In this document: positions 17,007 through 29,197 of the stretch, piece by piece
Position numbering within the stretch: position 1 is the first letter of the stretch
Layout of the letters: every line of letters begins with the position of its first letter
Source of the DNA: Ancylonema sp.
Taxonomy: Eukaryota
Assembly: GCA_050230475.1 (NCBI GenBank)
Contig: JBFLGF010000058.1
Span: 1-64,000 of the forward strand
Reading direction: 5' to 3'
DNA: 64,000 bases
Made by a program: the position numbers and the translations under genes
Notes under the pieces: generated by a model
Seen by the model: the letters and a program-made list of their open reading frames with translations, nothing else
Databases searched by the model: none
What the model was told of the DNA's origin: nothing

Positions 17007-18202
17007 CTCTGTTGACCGGCACTTTCTTCAGCCGAGCAATGTGGAGACAAGGATTCCTTTGGTATCCTTCTGTTTCCAGCACCAGGGACCATAAATAACT
17101 TGTTCATGTACAGTTCCACCTCGTTCCTCTAGGTGCAGTCCTGCAGTGCCAAAACTTTCCACCTTCTGAAGCCATCCCTGTGTTCATAGAACACTGGATG
17201 GCAAATTAGACCTTAATTGCTTTATGCAGGGTAATTTAAAACCTAGTTAAAAACAAGAATTGGGGGTTGCACTTCAATTGCGAAATTGCTAAGGTAGACA
17301 TGTTTTTTTGGGTCCTCTGGTAGGTTTAAAGATAATGGTGCCCCCAAAAAGTTGCCATGCCAATAGATAAATGTGTTTGAAGCATAAATTTCGAAACAAT
17401 GAAATAAAACGGGATTCACCAACTCTGAAAGAGCCCATGTGCAACCACATTCACTAAATCATGCATGTTTGATCTCCTACAAGAAAAGCATTTTGTTTTC
17501 CCAACACCTATTTGAGCGTATGGTACATTTGGAAAACTTGGCGCGAGAATTCAACAAGTGGTGTCTAAAATGCTTTGAAAAATGAATACGAAGTGACAAA
17601 CGAAGAGAAACGATTGGAAGCATCGGTAAATGCGTACTCACTTTATAACCCAATCCATCGCCGCATTTTCTCCACACATCGGCACTTATTTTACAACCTA
17701 CAACCACATACGTGGACAAAATAAGAGCATTCTGTCGTCACGATTTGGAGGGGAAAGTAGCATGTATAAGTAACCGGACTTGGAAGCCAAGGAAATTATA
17801 GCATTTATCAAAGTGTTAAAACAACACGTATCTCGCTACATCATCATCTCCCTACAAAATGACGCTTGTTTCATCATTTAGCCCCGGTGAGAGGTCATCG
17901 TCGCTAAAATATTATGTCTCGAAGTTCATGGCACACGGTACCCAATTGAGCTTGACAAACTCTTGATAGGTTGAAATGTGTTGTCCGATGTCGACTCCGA
18001 CTATTCGCAATGGCAGCACGTCACTTGTCACTGTAAATATGTCACTTCGTTTAGTCATAGGCCTCTAGATTCTTTATCTCTTTTTATCTCGCAGAGCAAT
18101 TTAGGGCCAGAAATCTAGGGACATTTTCCAAAAATGTCCATAGATTTCTCCTCACATGGAAGTATGCTTTAGGGTTTTTAGGGGTACTTTCCGGGCGTAC
18201 CC

Positions 18203-20136
18203 TAGGGATGCGCTCCCCGTTCGCCGGCTCCCCCATCCTCTGTCCCCTTACGGGGATACCCCCGTTGCTTCTTCTCAAATGCGGGGGACGCAATCGTACG
18301 TTGGGCAAACGGGGTATCGGGGGATGCAGGGATACGGGGGACTGACCGGGGACACGCGGGAGGCTACGGGGGGCGTGGAGTCTTGGGTCTGGGGTAACTT
18401 CCGACTGCAAAGTGTGAACGGCCCATATTTGACGTACCGCCGCTTTCGATATAACGCTCACAATACTCTATTTTTTTTCATGATGCTACATTGTCTCTAG
18501 GCTTCAAAACGTTTATTTTTGTTTTTGGGTACGATGACGGACGGTCGAGATACGTGTGTCGTGCTGGCGAAAATTTGGACGAACTAAGCTCGGTCTCAGT
18601 ATTCCTCGAGACTAGGCTTTTGAACGAAAGTGAACGGATGAACGGCGAATAACGGAAAGTGAACGGATTCTTTAGTTAACGGTGCATTTAAATTAAATCC
18701 GGGAAAAATAAAATAAAATGCAATATATATATAGATGCACGTTTTCCTCGATAATGATGCACGACATTGCATCTCCGTTGTTGCGCGGATCCGGACTCGA
18801 ACCAAGTGCTCCCCGAACCTTTCCGGCAGGGTCCCGGACGGTCCGAAACGAACTCCCGGTTGAAAACAACACTTTGGGTTTGTCATTTTGAGTTATTCCT
18901 CTTGTGAAGCTTTTAACCGCATAACATGTCGAATCATGCAACATACATGGCATATCGCATAGTGTATATTTAGCAAGCTCAACACTTTATAACCGCACCT
19001 CAATTCAACGCTTACACGAGATTGGGGATAAAAATTTAGTCGTTGTGGTGGTGTATTTATTGGGACAATATCACGAAAGTATCGTGTGTTTTCATGTAAA
19101 TCATGTTGGATGCACAAGCTTAAATACATGTCCGTTCAATATTGAAATGAAGATGTACACACTTGCTACAAACTTGATGTTCACTATCTCTTCAATGTCT
19201 TCGCAATTTTTCGACCGTCGTCTTCGAATCATACGCTATCCAAGTCTATGATGCAAACAGAGTTGTATATGCCATAACCTATGCCCTTCAATTTTGAAAG
19301 TAAGGTATGGCTTACGAACCCCCGCACGTGTTAAACTATGGTCGGCGAATGCTCAAAACATTTCCTCGATACAGCGACAATTTAAATTTTCTACCGCGCC
19401 CAACATTGCCTACCAAAGTCGGCTTGCAATCGGCAATTTTTTGCCCCAAAAAAAAAGTGTCAAAACTAAAATTTCTGCAAGTGATCTGAATTGTAATCTA
19501 AAGTCCAGTTAATGGAATAGATTGATCGGGTCCGTTCAAAATTATAAAATGAACGACCATAAACATCCAAATTAAGGTTCAAAACGAGAAGTGAACGGGC
19601 CCAAAAATCGAGTTGTAGCCTGAGCTTAATGCTAAACGAAAAGTGAATGGGATATTCAATGTCAAGGGTTTTTTTCACCCCGGCCGGTTATTGGATGGCG
19701 GCCCAAAAGAGTGCGTTGTAACTCGAGGTCTCGAGGTTAGCTTGTGTAATAAACAAAATAACGGTTGAATCTGGCCAATAATATCACTTTGCGCTACGCT
19801 AACCAAGACTACCCAGAAATTTGACGACTGGAAGTTACTCCCCCACGCTTTAGACCGTCATTTTATGCATGCACTGAATCCACCCTTCCGTCCCCCGTTG
19901 ACCCCCAGGTTTCCATCGTGCCCCCCCCCCCGTTTTCCACCGTGTCCTCCCCTGTGTCCTCTGTATCCGCCAATTAATCACCCGTTTCTCCCGTTGTCTC
20001 CCGTGTCCCATACATGCCAACCGATGCACCTGGTCTACCCCCAACCGGAGATGCCCCCCCGTCGACGGGGGAGGAGGACAGGGGGCGGGAGAGACGATGT
20101 CCCCCTCTTGATTTCAAACGGGGGAGCGCATCCCTA
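18203..20136. mobile_element. Non-autonomous hAT element (~1.9 kb)
   Basis: TIR TAGGGATGCGCTCCCC / GGGGAGCGCATCCCTA; 8-bp TSD GCGTACCC/GCGTGCCC. Confidence 0.85.
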
Positions 20137-20830
20137 GCGTGCCCTTCTGATTCTTTTGTGATTACGGCCTAAATACCTCCAATCAGTTACGAATATGTTT
20201 TTTAGACTTGCCATCCATGTACCTACACCCTCGAACCCCGATATACCTATCATTATATGAAAATCTCCTGGCTGAAATATTTTTTTCTCACAACAATATT
20301 TCCCCCCGCTAAAACTCCACTCGATATTGGATTTGAAAGAACATTACTGTTTATTTTTATCACCCAAGCAATTTAGCAAGTTTTGTAAGCTTGTCGATTT
20401 TCTTTGTTACATACGACCGTCTTGAGTTGCCCATTATTCCAATTGTTCAAAGCATCTCATCCGGGCGCCACGTCTCCGACCGGGTGGCGGCTGGGCGGTG
20501 ATAACCGGTGTGTGCCAATTTTCAACGCTGGGGACGCGCTGGCCACTGATGGGGTACTTTTATCAACCGCGACGAAATACGGGTATGCGTGGATTAAGTT
20601 TCTTATAACAAGAAGTTTCTTTTAAACTGGGTTTTATTCTTCTAGCACTAATTTAATGTACGGCACCGATGCATCGTCAAAGAGTGAATCTCGCGGTCCA
20701 AAAATCTTGCAGTGCAATAAGAGAGGGGCTGTGACTTTCTCTATAGACTGCCTCTCCCCCCTTTTGGATTTCCTCTCTCTTGACGGCCTAGCGACGCTCT
20801 CGCGTGCGAATATTCTTTCACCCATCCACG

Positions 20831-22275
20831 ATGAAGGTTGTCGCTGCATACCTGCTGGCCCTTCTTGGCGGGAACAGTTCTCCTTCCGCAGAGGATATCA
20901 AGGGCATCCTCGGCTCTGGTAAGTTGCACCCCGTTTGTTCTAACCTGCGAATTTACTTGAAATAAAAAGTGGTAAACCCGAGGTGGCAACTACTGGACGA
21001 TAAAAGTATGTTTTATATGTTCCTCTCCGAAGGGGAACCGAGGGGGAGCCGAGGGTTACCGAAGAGTGGGGTTGGGGAAACTGGGGACACAGTTGCAGAT
21101 TCAGGTTTATGGTTGGTAATTTTCAAGAGAAATCTATGTGATTTGTGATGCGATATTCACTTGCTGTTCGGCAGTTGGTGCGGAGGCGGCCGACGACAGG
21201 ATAGAAGCTCTGCTCTCCGAGCTTAAAGGCAAAGATATCAATGAGGTGATCGCCGCTGGACGAGAGAAGTACGCCTCCGAGCCAGGCGGGGGTGGCGGAG
21301 GAGGTGGCGTAGCCGCAGCCGCCGGGGGCGGGGGTGCAGCGCCTGCCGCGGCCGCCCCAGCCGCCGAGGTGAGGGCCTGAAAAGGATTCCATGGCAGGAT
21401 CCGTATCCGATTTCCATCCGACTATCATCTGCACCCTGGTGCAAACTAATCGCATAATTGTGGAACTGGTCGGGAAATCGGGGTTGTGCTGTCCTAGTAA
21501 TGACTGCCAGGTTTATGGACTTGACTGTTGGCCGTGGTACTCAATTGGTGGCAGCCATTGTACTATGTTCTTCGTTCGTGTAGTTACTGCAGTCGTGAGG
21601 CATAATGTGAGTCTAGTATCTTGTCATTGGGAGCTGACTGCTGTCTATCGTTGGCGTGTCTGCAGGAGAAGATCGAGGTGAAGAAGGAGGAGGAGAAGGA
21701 GGAGTCTGATGATGTAAGTTTTCCTGTCTCTGCGGGTACCACTTGATGCTCTGGGATTGAACGGGGAATGAAAAAGGGTATTTTTAACAAGGGTTTAGGT
21801 TGGAATCGCCGAAAAGGCCGCAGGGCGGGAGGGTTATACTAGATACGCTATACACATGGGTACGTGCATGTATGCGGCGCGAAGAGGTTTCCAGCGGAGT
21901 CGATTCGTGGGTCAGATGATAAGAAGTTCAATTTCTCTGGCTGTCGAAATGAATCTGTTCACACGTAAACCACACACACGGGCAGCAGCAGAGAAACTGA
22001 AGAATAGCAAAGTAGTGACTTTTTGTTCGTCAGTGAGGTTGTTTTCTTGTCAGCGTTGGTTGGTTCGAGCATTACTTTGAAGGCACAGAAATATAATTAG
22101 TGTCAGGTGAGTCCGACTCGTGAATACGAGGAAGGGGAGGGGTGGACAGTGCACAGGATGTACTAATATAGATGTGTTAGAGTGTACCCTGTTCCTGTTT
22201 GAATGCCGTTTCTGTATACTGATCCCGTATCTCATTGCTCCATTGCAGGACATGGGCTTCAGTCTGTTCGATTAA
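20831..22275 (+). CDS. RPLP2: 60S acidic ribosomal protein P2. Exons 20831-20918, 21175-21368, 21666-21713, 22249-22275
   Basis: [61 protein letters not shown]...[17 protein letters not shown]; all junctions GT-AG and in phase. Confidence 0.97.
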
Positions 22276-23096
22276 GTGCGAAACAGGCAACCAAAAAATA
22301 CCCCAAGCTCTCCTCTCTTTGTACAAAACGCAGCCCTAGTGCCCCTGCCCTAGTACTGTGGATTAGCCCGCACTCATGTGCAGTTCACGGACTATTTAGA
22401 GTCGGGGACGGAGTGGAACGGGAATGAATCTGGGGGTAGGTGTGACTCAGGGGAAGTGGAATGTCATTCCCAGTTTTTGGAGAAAGGTTTTGCAATCAAG
22501 AAATTTGTCCTGTGGCCTCATCATCCCAAACCCCCGTAACTGTTGTGCACAAGTAGTGGGGAGTGCAATTGGGCAGTCATGGATTTTCCGACTCGGGGTG
22601 GACTTAAGATGAACACCCTGAACACCCTGGCCCCCCTGAACCCCTGTCCCTGGTCCCCTGCCCCCCTGTCCCCTGGCCCTAGGGTTTTTGAAGTGCTACA
22701 GACAGTGGTTAGGTTAGCAGGCTGTGGGGATGAGTGTGGAATGGGGTTGAAGATGGGAGCACAAGTGGCATAAGTGGTCTTTGTCTGGCATACAGTCAAC
22801 CTTTTAAGAGTACCGGTTAAATACTGAAATATCACATATGATTCTAAACCCACAAGGGCCCCAGGGCACAACTGTTTGAAAGCCGTGTACAGTGAGTGAA
22901 TCCTGCGAGTAGGAGTTCTGCAAACAGGAGTGGCTTCTCAGAATCTAAGCATTACATGGTACAAGATGTGGACATCATAAACGGCAGGCAGGAGAACTGC
23001 GCAGCTGCTCTTTTCACACCAGTCAGGACATTTTGTAGAACTACCCCAGGCGGCAATACGGGCATGCCATACCCGCCATATTTAATGCCCACCAAC

Positions 23097-23975
23097 CATA
23101 GTTACGTCCCGGACGCGTCCGGAACCCGGACGCGTCCGGAACCCGGACGCCTCAGCCAAAATCTGGTATCCATATTTTTGGAACCCCCATATTTATGTGA
23201 CTTAAAAATGAAAACATTTTAAATTCTGTTTTGCATCTTAGTTGTGTCCCGGACTGTCTGGGGATTTCCGGACGTGTCCGGGGCCAGGCGCGTCCGAGAT
23301 CCTCGTGTCCGGGACGCAACTACTGTACTGGGCACTGTAAATGATTTTTGATTAATTATTGAAACCCGAAAGTAATCATTTAAATTAATTACTAAATGGT
23401 AGGAAAAGGATACTCAAAATCATAAACCCGTTTTAGGAATCATTTACGGGAAATTCGGGGTCACCTGGATGTGACTCTAGATGTAAAGAAACGGGGTACA
23501 CGACAAAGTAGGCACGTGCAAAAGGACACATTCTTGGAAGAGCGACATTTACGACGTCAGAAACTACGTTCCGGGCCCTGAAGTCCCACGAAATAATACC
23601 GACTAGACGCGCTACACGACAAATTAAGACCATCCATAACGACAAAATTGTGGCCGTGCAAGATATCGCGACTAGTACGAGTGCTTGCCACGTGGACTTG
23701 TGACGTCAAAATGTACGGTCAACATGTAAGAATGACCCGGATAAGAACAAATCATTTGATTTTTAATTCGTAAACAAGGGAATCTTTTACGCTTTTTATT
23801 CCTACAACTTGGAATCATCCCCAAAAATCATTGATAATAACTAACGGATTCATGGAATCATTACCAGAAATCATCGATAATAACTAACGGAATCCCGGGA
23901 TCATTTTGAAAAATCATTACGAAAATAATTAATTTTGGAAAAACAGAAATCATTTAGGGTGCCCAATACGGTATG
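23097..23975. mobile_element. hAT-like MITE (CATAG termini) with a pogo-like MITE inserted in its right TIR
   Basis: CATAGTTACGTCCCGGAC...GGGACGCAACTA[insert]TG; 8-bp TSD CCACCAAC/CCAGCAAC. Confidence 0.75.
23323..23971. mobile_element. ~650-bp CCGTA pogo-like MITE; inverted copy at 37326-37986
   Basis: TA-CTGTACTGGGCACTGTAAATGATT...AATCATTTAGGGTGCCCAATACGG-TA. Confidence 0.85.
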
Positions 23976-25240
23976 CCAGCAACCCCAATGAGGTGATTTT
24001 ATCTTAGCCCCAGCAATACGCCTAGCCCCCCAGCAATCAATTTTCACGCCCCAGCTTTCGGTCACCCCAACGATTAATACATTGAAATCCATTGTTGCTT
24101 CCATAGTTAGCCTCATTCGCAAATCAGGCCCTGCTTTTCGCCCCGAGCGGGAAAATTTTCGCCCGGGGCGAAAAATTTTCCGCTCCGGCCGGAACCACAG
24201 AAGCCTTTCGCGTTTTTTGTAAAAGGACCCCGTACATCTTTTCAAAATTCAAATTCGACAAGTATTCAATATTTTATAGCACCAAGTACGCCTGCCATCT
24301 TTACCCGTGTAATACTATTTTGTACACCGTACTGGCCACACATAATGACCCCTAAACAATTATGAAAAGGGTGGGTCGGGTCAAATTAAATAATTCAGTT
24401 GTAAAAAAAAAAGGGTCATTTCTATAATGTGGGTCACCAGATACCGTACATAATGACCCGCAAATAATTATTGAAAGGGCGGGTCGGGTCAAATTAAATA
24501 ATTCATTTTTGGGGGTTGGGTCACGCCATAAATTCCGAAATCCGGCGTACTGGGTCAACATCATAAAAATCGAATTTATTCGGCTTTCTACTCAACACCC
24601 AAATGTGGTTGGATCCCGGTCGCCCAAGATCAATCGTGGTCCGATAGCGGCCTAATCGATCGTCATACGTTTCCTTTTCGCAATATAGGGGGGTGATGGA
24701 CATGTCGGGGAATAATGAAGGTGATCATTTTTCTTATTCTTTTGCACCATGCAATAGTATGTTGTTTATCATGCCAACATGATAATCAACATAGACTTTC
24801 CAAACAAAATAAACCGAAACACCTTTCAAGATCCCGAAAAGTGTGGAAAAATCGAAAGACCGAAAGCATGCGGATGTCTCCACACACTCACTTACTTCTT
24901 TCAAAGCATTCGTGACGTGCCAAATAGGATCGAGAGGGTAAAGGGCCGTTGATGACGTAATCAATTGATGTATGTATGTCATAACGTAGTTCATTGACAT
25001 AAAGTAATGAGTGTCGATATCGATGAATGTGTAATTGTAATTGTAAGGACATCTGCCCTAACTAAGGAGTTTTGCACGCTTGACTCGCGGCACTGATTGT
25101 AAACGATCATCCAAACGACGGGAGGAACGTCGCCTTGACTGAGGCGACGTTCCTCTCTCTCATTGCGGGCAAGCTCACAACGCGATAGCTCTACAGGGGA
25201 TTCAAGTATAGAGTATGCGATACAATAGTACAGGAAGAAC

Positions 25241-26348
25241 CATAGTTGCGTCCCGAACGCGAGGATCTCGGACGCGTCAAAGACGCGTCCAGCCCCGGAC
25301 GCGTCCGGAGATCTCCGGACGGTCCGGGACGCAACTAAGATGCTAAAAAAAAAAAAAAAAAGGTTTTCATTCCGAAGTCACACAAATTTGGGGTTGGGTT
25401 GCACAATACGCAATACGCTATCAATACGTTGGGGTCACAATACGCCGTATTTCGCGTATTGCTTTTTTTCGCGATTTTCAAATACGTGTATTCAATAAAT
25501 ATGATTTTTTTCACGATTTTAGACCCCACACATATCCGGAAGTAGGATGGTAACATCGGGTGCCTAATCTAAATCAAATTGGCCATCAAATATGGAGAAA
25601 TATGTATCCTTGAAATACATGATAGGCGCATGTTTCACCAAAACATGTGCAGTTGTTTTATTCATTTTTTTTCATGCGAGAATGGGGCATTCATTAATAG
25701 ATCGAATCTTTTCATCTTCTCTCTTCTCTAAATTTGATTGAATTTGCACACGTTTTTATCAATCTTTACTCCTTTTTCGTTTTTACAAGTCCCAAAAATG
25801 GATAAACCGGGGGTTCCGTTTTTACTTGAGTATGGTAATTAAACATGTGGAATGCTAGGATCTAATAACGAATGCATTAGTTAAATCCAAGAAACAATGA
25901 TTCACAATAACAATTTAATGAGTCCTACTTTTACTTTTACTCGTAGTTTTACAACTCCTATTCCTAACTTGAACTTAGACGGTCGGATGAGGTTTACTAC
26001 CGCGAATGAAGATGGTTTTTGCCGTGCGATGTAGTATCGAATAAATTTCACGTTCGCTATTTCACTTTCAAACGACGTGGCCCTCGCTATGTTGTTCGCC
26101 TCCAACAAATCAGATATGCCTGCAATTACATACCGAAAATTAATACAAGTTCAAAATTTAGCGTATTTTTAAGCGTATTTCACCGTATTAATACGGTGGG
26201 AGCACAATACGCGTATTTAACGTATGATAACTCAGCGTATTGTGCGTATTGTGCAACCCAGATATGGGGGTTTCAAATATATGGATATCAGATTTTAGCC
26301 GAGGCGTCCGGGTGCGGAGATCCGCGGACGGTCCGGGACGCAACTATG
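25241..26348. mobile_element. Second CATAG hAT-like MITE with a nested hAT-like element at 25394-26261
   Basis: Outer TIR CATAGTTGCGTCCCG / CGGGACGCAACTATG; inner TIR GGGTTGCACAATACGC with 8-bp TSD ATTTGGGG/ATATGGGG. Confidence 0.75.
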
Positions 26349-26389
26349 GTTATAACAACTATAGCTCTCGGATAGCGAGCAACTATTCG

Positions 26390-27042
26390 TGTGTAAGTCT
26401 GTAATGCTTGCAATCAGCAACAAAGAAATTGTGAGTCTCCACACAGACTTGCGTCGTTGTAAATGTGTGAGGTCACAAAGTTGCGTAGCAGGCAACGATA
26501 TCAAAGTACTAAGAGCGACAGCTCGATGAGACACGCAATAATATTGGCAAGCAACGAATGCGAAAGCACGGATTGCAAGCAAAGCACGATAATACACAAG
26601 ATACACAATACACGAGAGACAAAATGGAATGCAAGTCTCTTCACCGTTAGATTCAGCGAAAGCTGAAAATTGAGTTTGATTACAAAGGTTTTATTCAAAC
26701 TTCTTCAGACGACGCTAGACGCGTGTCGATCTACAATTCAATCTAAGAAAATATGTCTCGCGCGCAATTGTCTTATCTACAATCTCTACCGTCGGATATT
26801 CATCGAAGGCTAACAATTATTACAAAGGCATCACAAGTTGATCGCTGACTAGTCACAAAAGTGCCACGTCGGATCGACTGCAACAAACCAACATCATATA
26901 CAAGTTGTATAATACAACATAGGGTTTCCCAAAAAAAAAATCACGAAACACCTTTCACAATTCCGAGGAGTATTGGAAGAATTGAAAAATCGAAAGCATG
27001 ACGATCAGTGACAAAGTCTAAAACTACAATTGTAGACTCACA
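26390..27042. mobile_element. Probable solo LTR
   Basis: TGTGTAAGTCT...AGACTCACA ends, flanks ATTCG/ATTTG (5 bp, 1 mismatch), AATAAA on the minus strand. Confidence 0.45.
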
Positions 27043-27383
27043 ATTTGTCTTCAGGTTTGGCACTCTGCTACAATTTGCACGGTCGCAATCTAGAGCTCAC
27101 AACGCATCGCCCCGAGATTGATGAGTTTTTTTTGGGTTTTGAACAAAATTGAACGGATGAAAGGCAAAAAAATTTGAGACACAGGAAAGTGAAGGGAATT
27201 TTAGTGTAAAGTGAACGGATGGATGAACGGCGAGTGAAGTTGAGAGAAAGGAGATTGAACGTATTTTTTCAACGAAAGTGAACGGAGGAACGGCGAATAA
27301 ATTTAAGATAAGGGAAAGTGAACGGATGTTTTAGTGTTTGCGACAATGAAGGCGCAGGATATCCGAAAGCGAGCACAACGAGG

Positions 27384-27548
27384 CTGACGTGCGGTTTGGA
27401 GTCGGTTGCTTATGAGGAGGTTGTTGAGGTATATCTGGGTTACATGGTTATCAATTTGTTGTTTTGAGAAACTGCTTCGTTGATGTAGATCTTTACTGGT
27501 CTTGATGTAGATGTCGATGGTAGATGGAGTAAGGCTCTCCTGCTCTCA
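27384..27548 (-). repeat. Truncated second LTR start abutting the LTR end
   Basis: Near-identical to 28647-28811 and begins at the same TGAGAGCAG terminus. Confidence 0.8.
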
Positions 27549-27549
27549 C

Positions 27550-28811
27550 TGAGTTGGGTTGCAGATCGAGTCTCTGCTGAGAACTAGGTGTTACGCTAGT
27601 TCTATCACATTTTCTCGTGCGTGAATGTGTGGAACAATGCTTGACGCCGAGGGCGAGTCGACAATTACTATCAACAATAGTCTGGAAAGGATTATTGATG
27701 GTAAACATAATATTCTGGTGTAGAATATTAAGGTCGACAGCCGAAAGGTACACTTTCCGGTGCGTTGACATATGGTAATTGATGGATGTGATGTGCTGGT
27801 TCAGTTAGAACGTCAACAAGTGGTTGCGAGTCGTTATCGTATTGGCTCAGTACGAGCGGCAGCGAATCGATGTAAATCGACAAAGTAGTTCTGGCTCAGT
27901 AAGAGCGTCAGCACAAAGATGTGATGGTACACAATAAGTTTACAGGTTGGCTTAGTAAGAGCGTCAGCGACACACAGAAGTAATGACAGGAAGTTGCGAA
28001 GGTCACTTCGGTCAACTTACAGAATTCGTCGACGGTAGTCGCACGAACAAAGATGACACAAAGATGATAGCAAGAACTGGCGTCAGCCAGGAGTTGCAGA
28101 ATTCAGATAACACAATTGACAGAATTTCTGAGAAAATATCTTGAAAGTTTCTTGACGGCGCAATCTGACAGCGGACGCTCGCAGATCTGTATAATGAAAA
28201 ATGTTTTTATCCTACGATCGTCAAATCATCAAACTAACTAGAGTTAATCGACATGGTTAACCGACAGGCTGTACTCTAGAAAGTTCTATTTAATCTGGAC
28301 GCTACAAATATAGACGTCAAGTATTCTACGGCTGGATTTTATCGCCGAGATAATATCGACAAGTCAGAAATATCATCGTCGATAACAAAGTTGCGCTAAG
28401 CGCTGAAAAGTATACACGCACTCTAAATTGTACGACTGCTGAATAAATCACTCGGAAAATACGCCACGCGTTATTTTCGAGTTTAAAAAAAGTTGTTTAG
28501 ATTTTGCGGATTACTGATTCTAACTTCACACAAAATCATGAAATCGCTATATCGAATCTGGTTGCTTATAACAAGGTATTTTACTAGAGAGGTCTGGATA
28601 TTGTTAAAAAGGGGTTTTACCCCTAACGATCTCTAGCGCATGACAACTGACGTGCGGTTTGGAGTCGGTTGCTTATAAGGAGGTTGTTGAGATATATATG
28701 GGTTACATGGTTATCAATTTGTTGTTTTGAGAAACTGCTTCGTCGATGTAGATCTTTACTGGTCTTGATGTAGATGTCGATGGTAGATGGAGTAAGGCTC
28801 TGCTGCTCTCA
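27550..28811 (-). repeat. 3' LTR (~1.26 kb) of PHD-Gypsy copy 1
   Basis: On the minus strand starts TGAGAG directly after the [14 protein letters not shown] and ends AACTCA; its first ~205 bp match 35141-34937; three internal GGCT(C/T)AGTA(A/C)GAGCG repeats at 27844-27968. Confidence 0.65.
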
Positions 28812-29197
28812 CTCCCCCCCCCCAGCGGTGGAATTCTTGTGGAAGGGCTGGGTATTTGGAGCAACGTCATCTTGGTGGTGTTGACAGAACCATTGTCCAG
28901 GAGGAACGCTGGTTAATGGTGGACGTAGGCAGTAGATGTGATAGCCGTCGTTGCAGTCATCACAGAGAATGATGTTGCGTTCGTCTTTGCGGGATCTACG
29001 TTGACGACAGAATGTAGGGTCTGCACTGTTGAACCGGCTGACGTCGATGTCATCGTCTTGGATGCTGAGACTACATGGTGATATGTTGGCCATTTGTTCC
29101 CATATTCTTCGTTCATCTTTGCCTTGGAGTTGAATGTATCCTGAGGAACGGATTTGAGTGATCCTGAGTATTTGTGGGTGAGTCTTGACACCGAGAG
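28809..29197 (-). mobile_element. PHD-Gypsy copy 1: C-terminus of pol (post-integrase region + PHD finger)
   Basis: ...FCRQRRSRKDERNIILCDDCNDGYHIYCLRPPLTSVPPGQWFCQHH...STAGGGE*; homologous to 35139-35520. Confidence 0.85.

Noticed and set aside
27844..27968. Three ~20-bp repeats with variable spacers, CRISPR-like
   Set aside because: Only three degenerate units inside a eukaryotic LTR; no cas genes
27384..28811. Split direct repeats of a DIRS/Ngaro element
   Set aside because: The element has a DDE integrase, a PPT and TG..CA ends; no tyrosine recombinase seen
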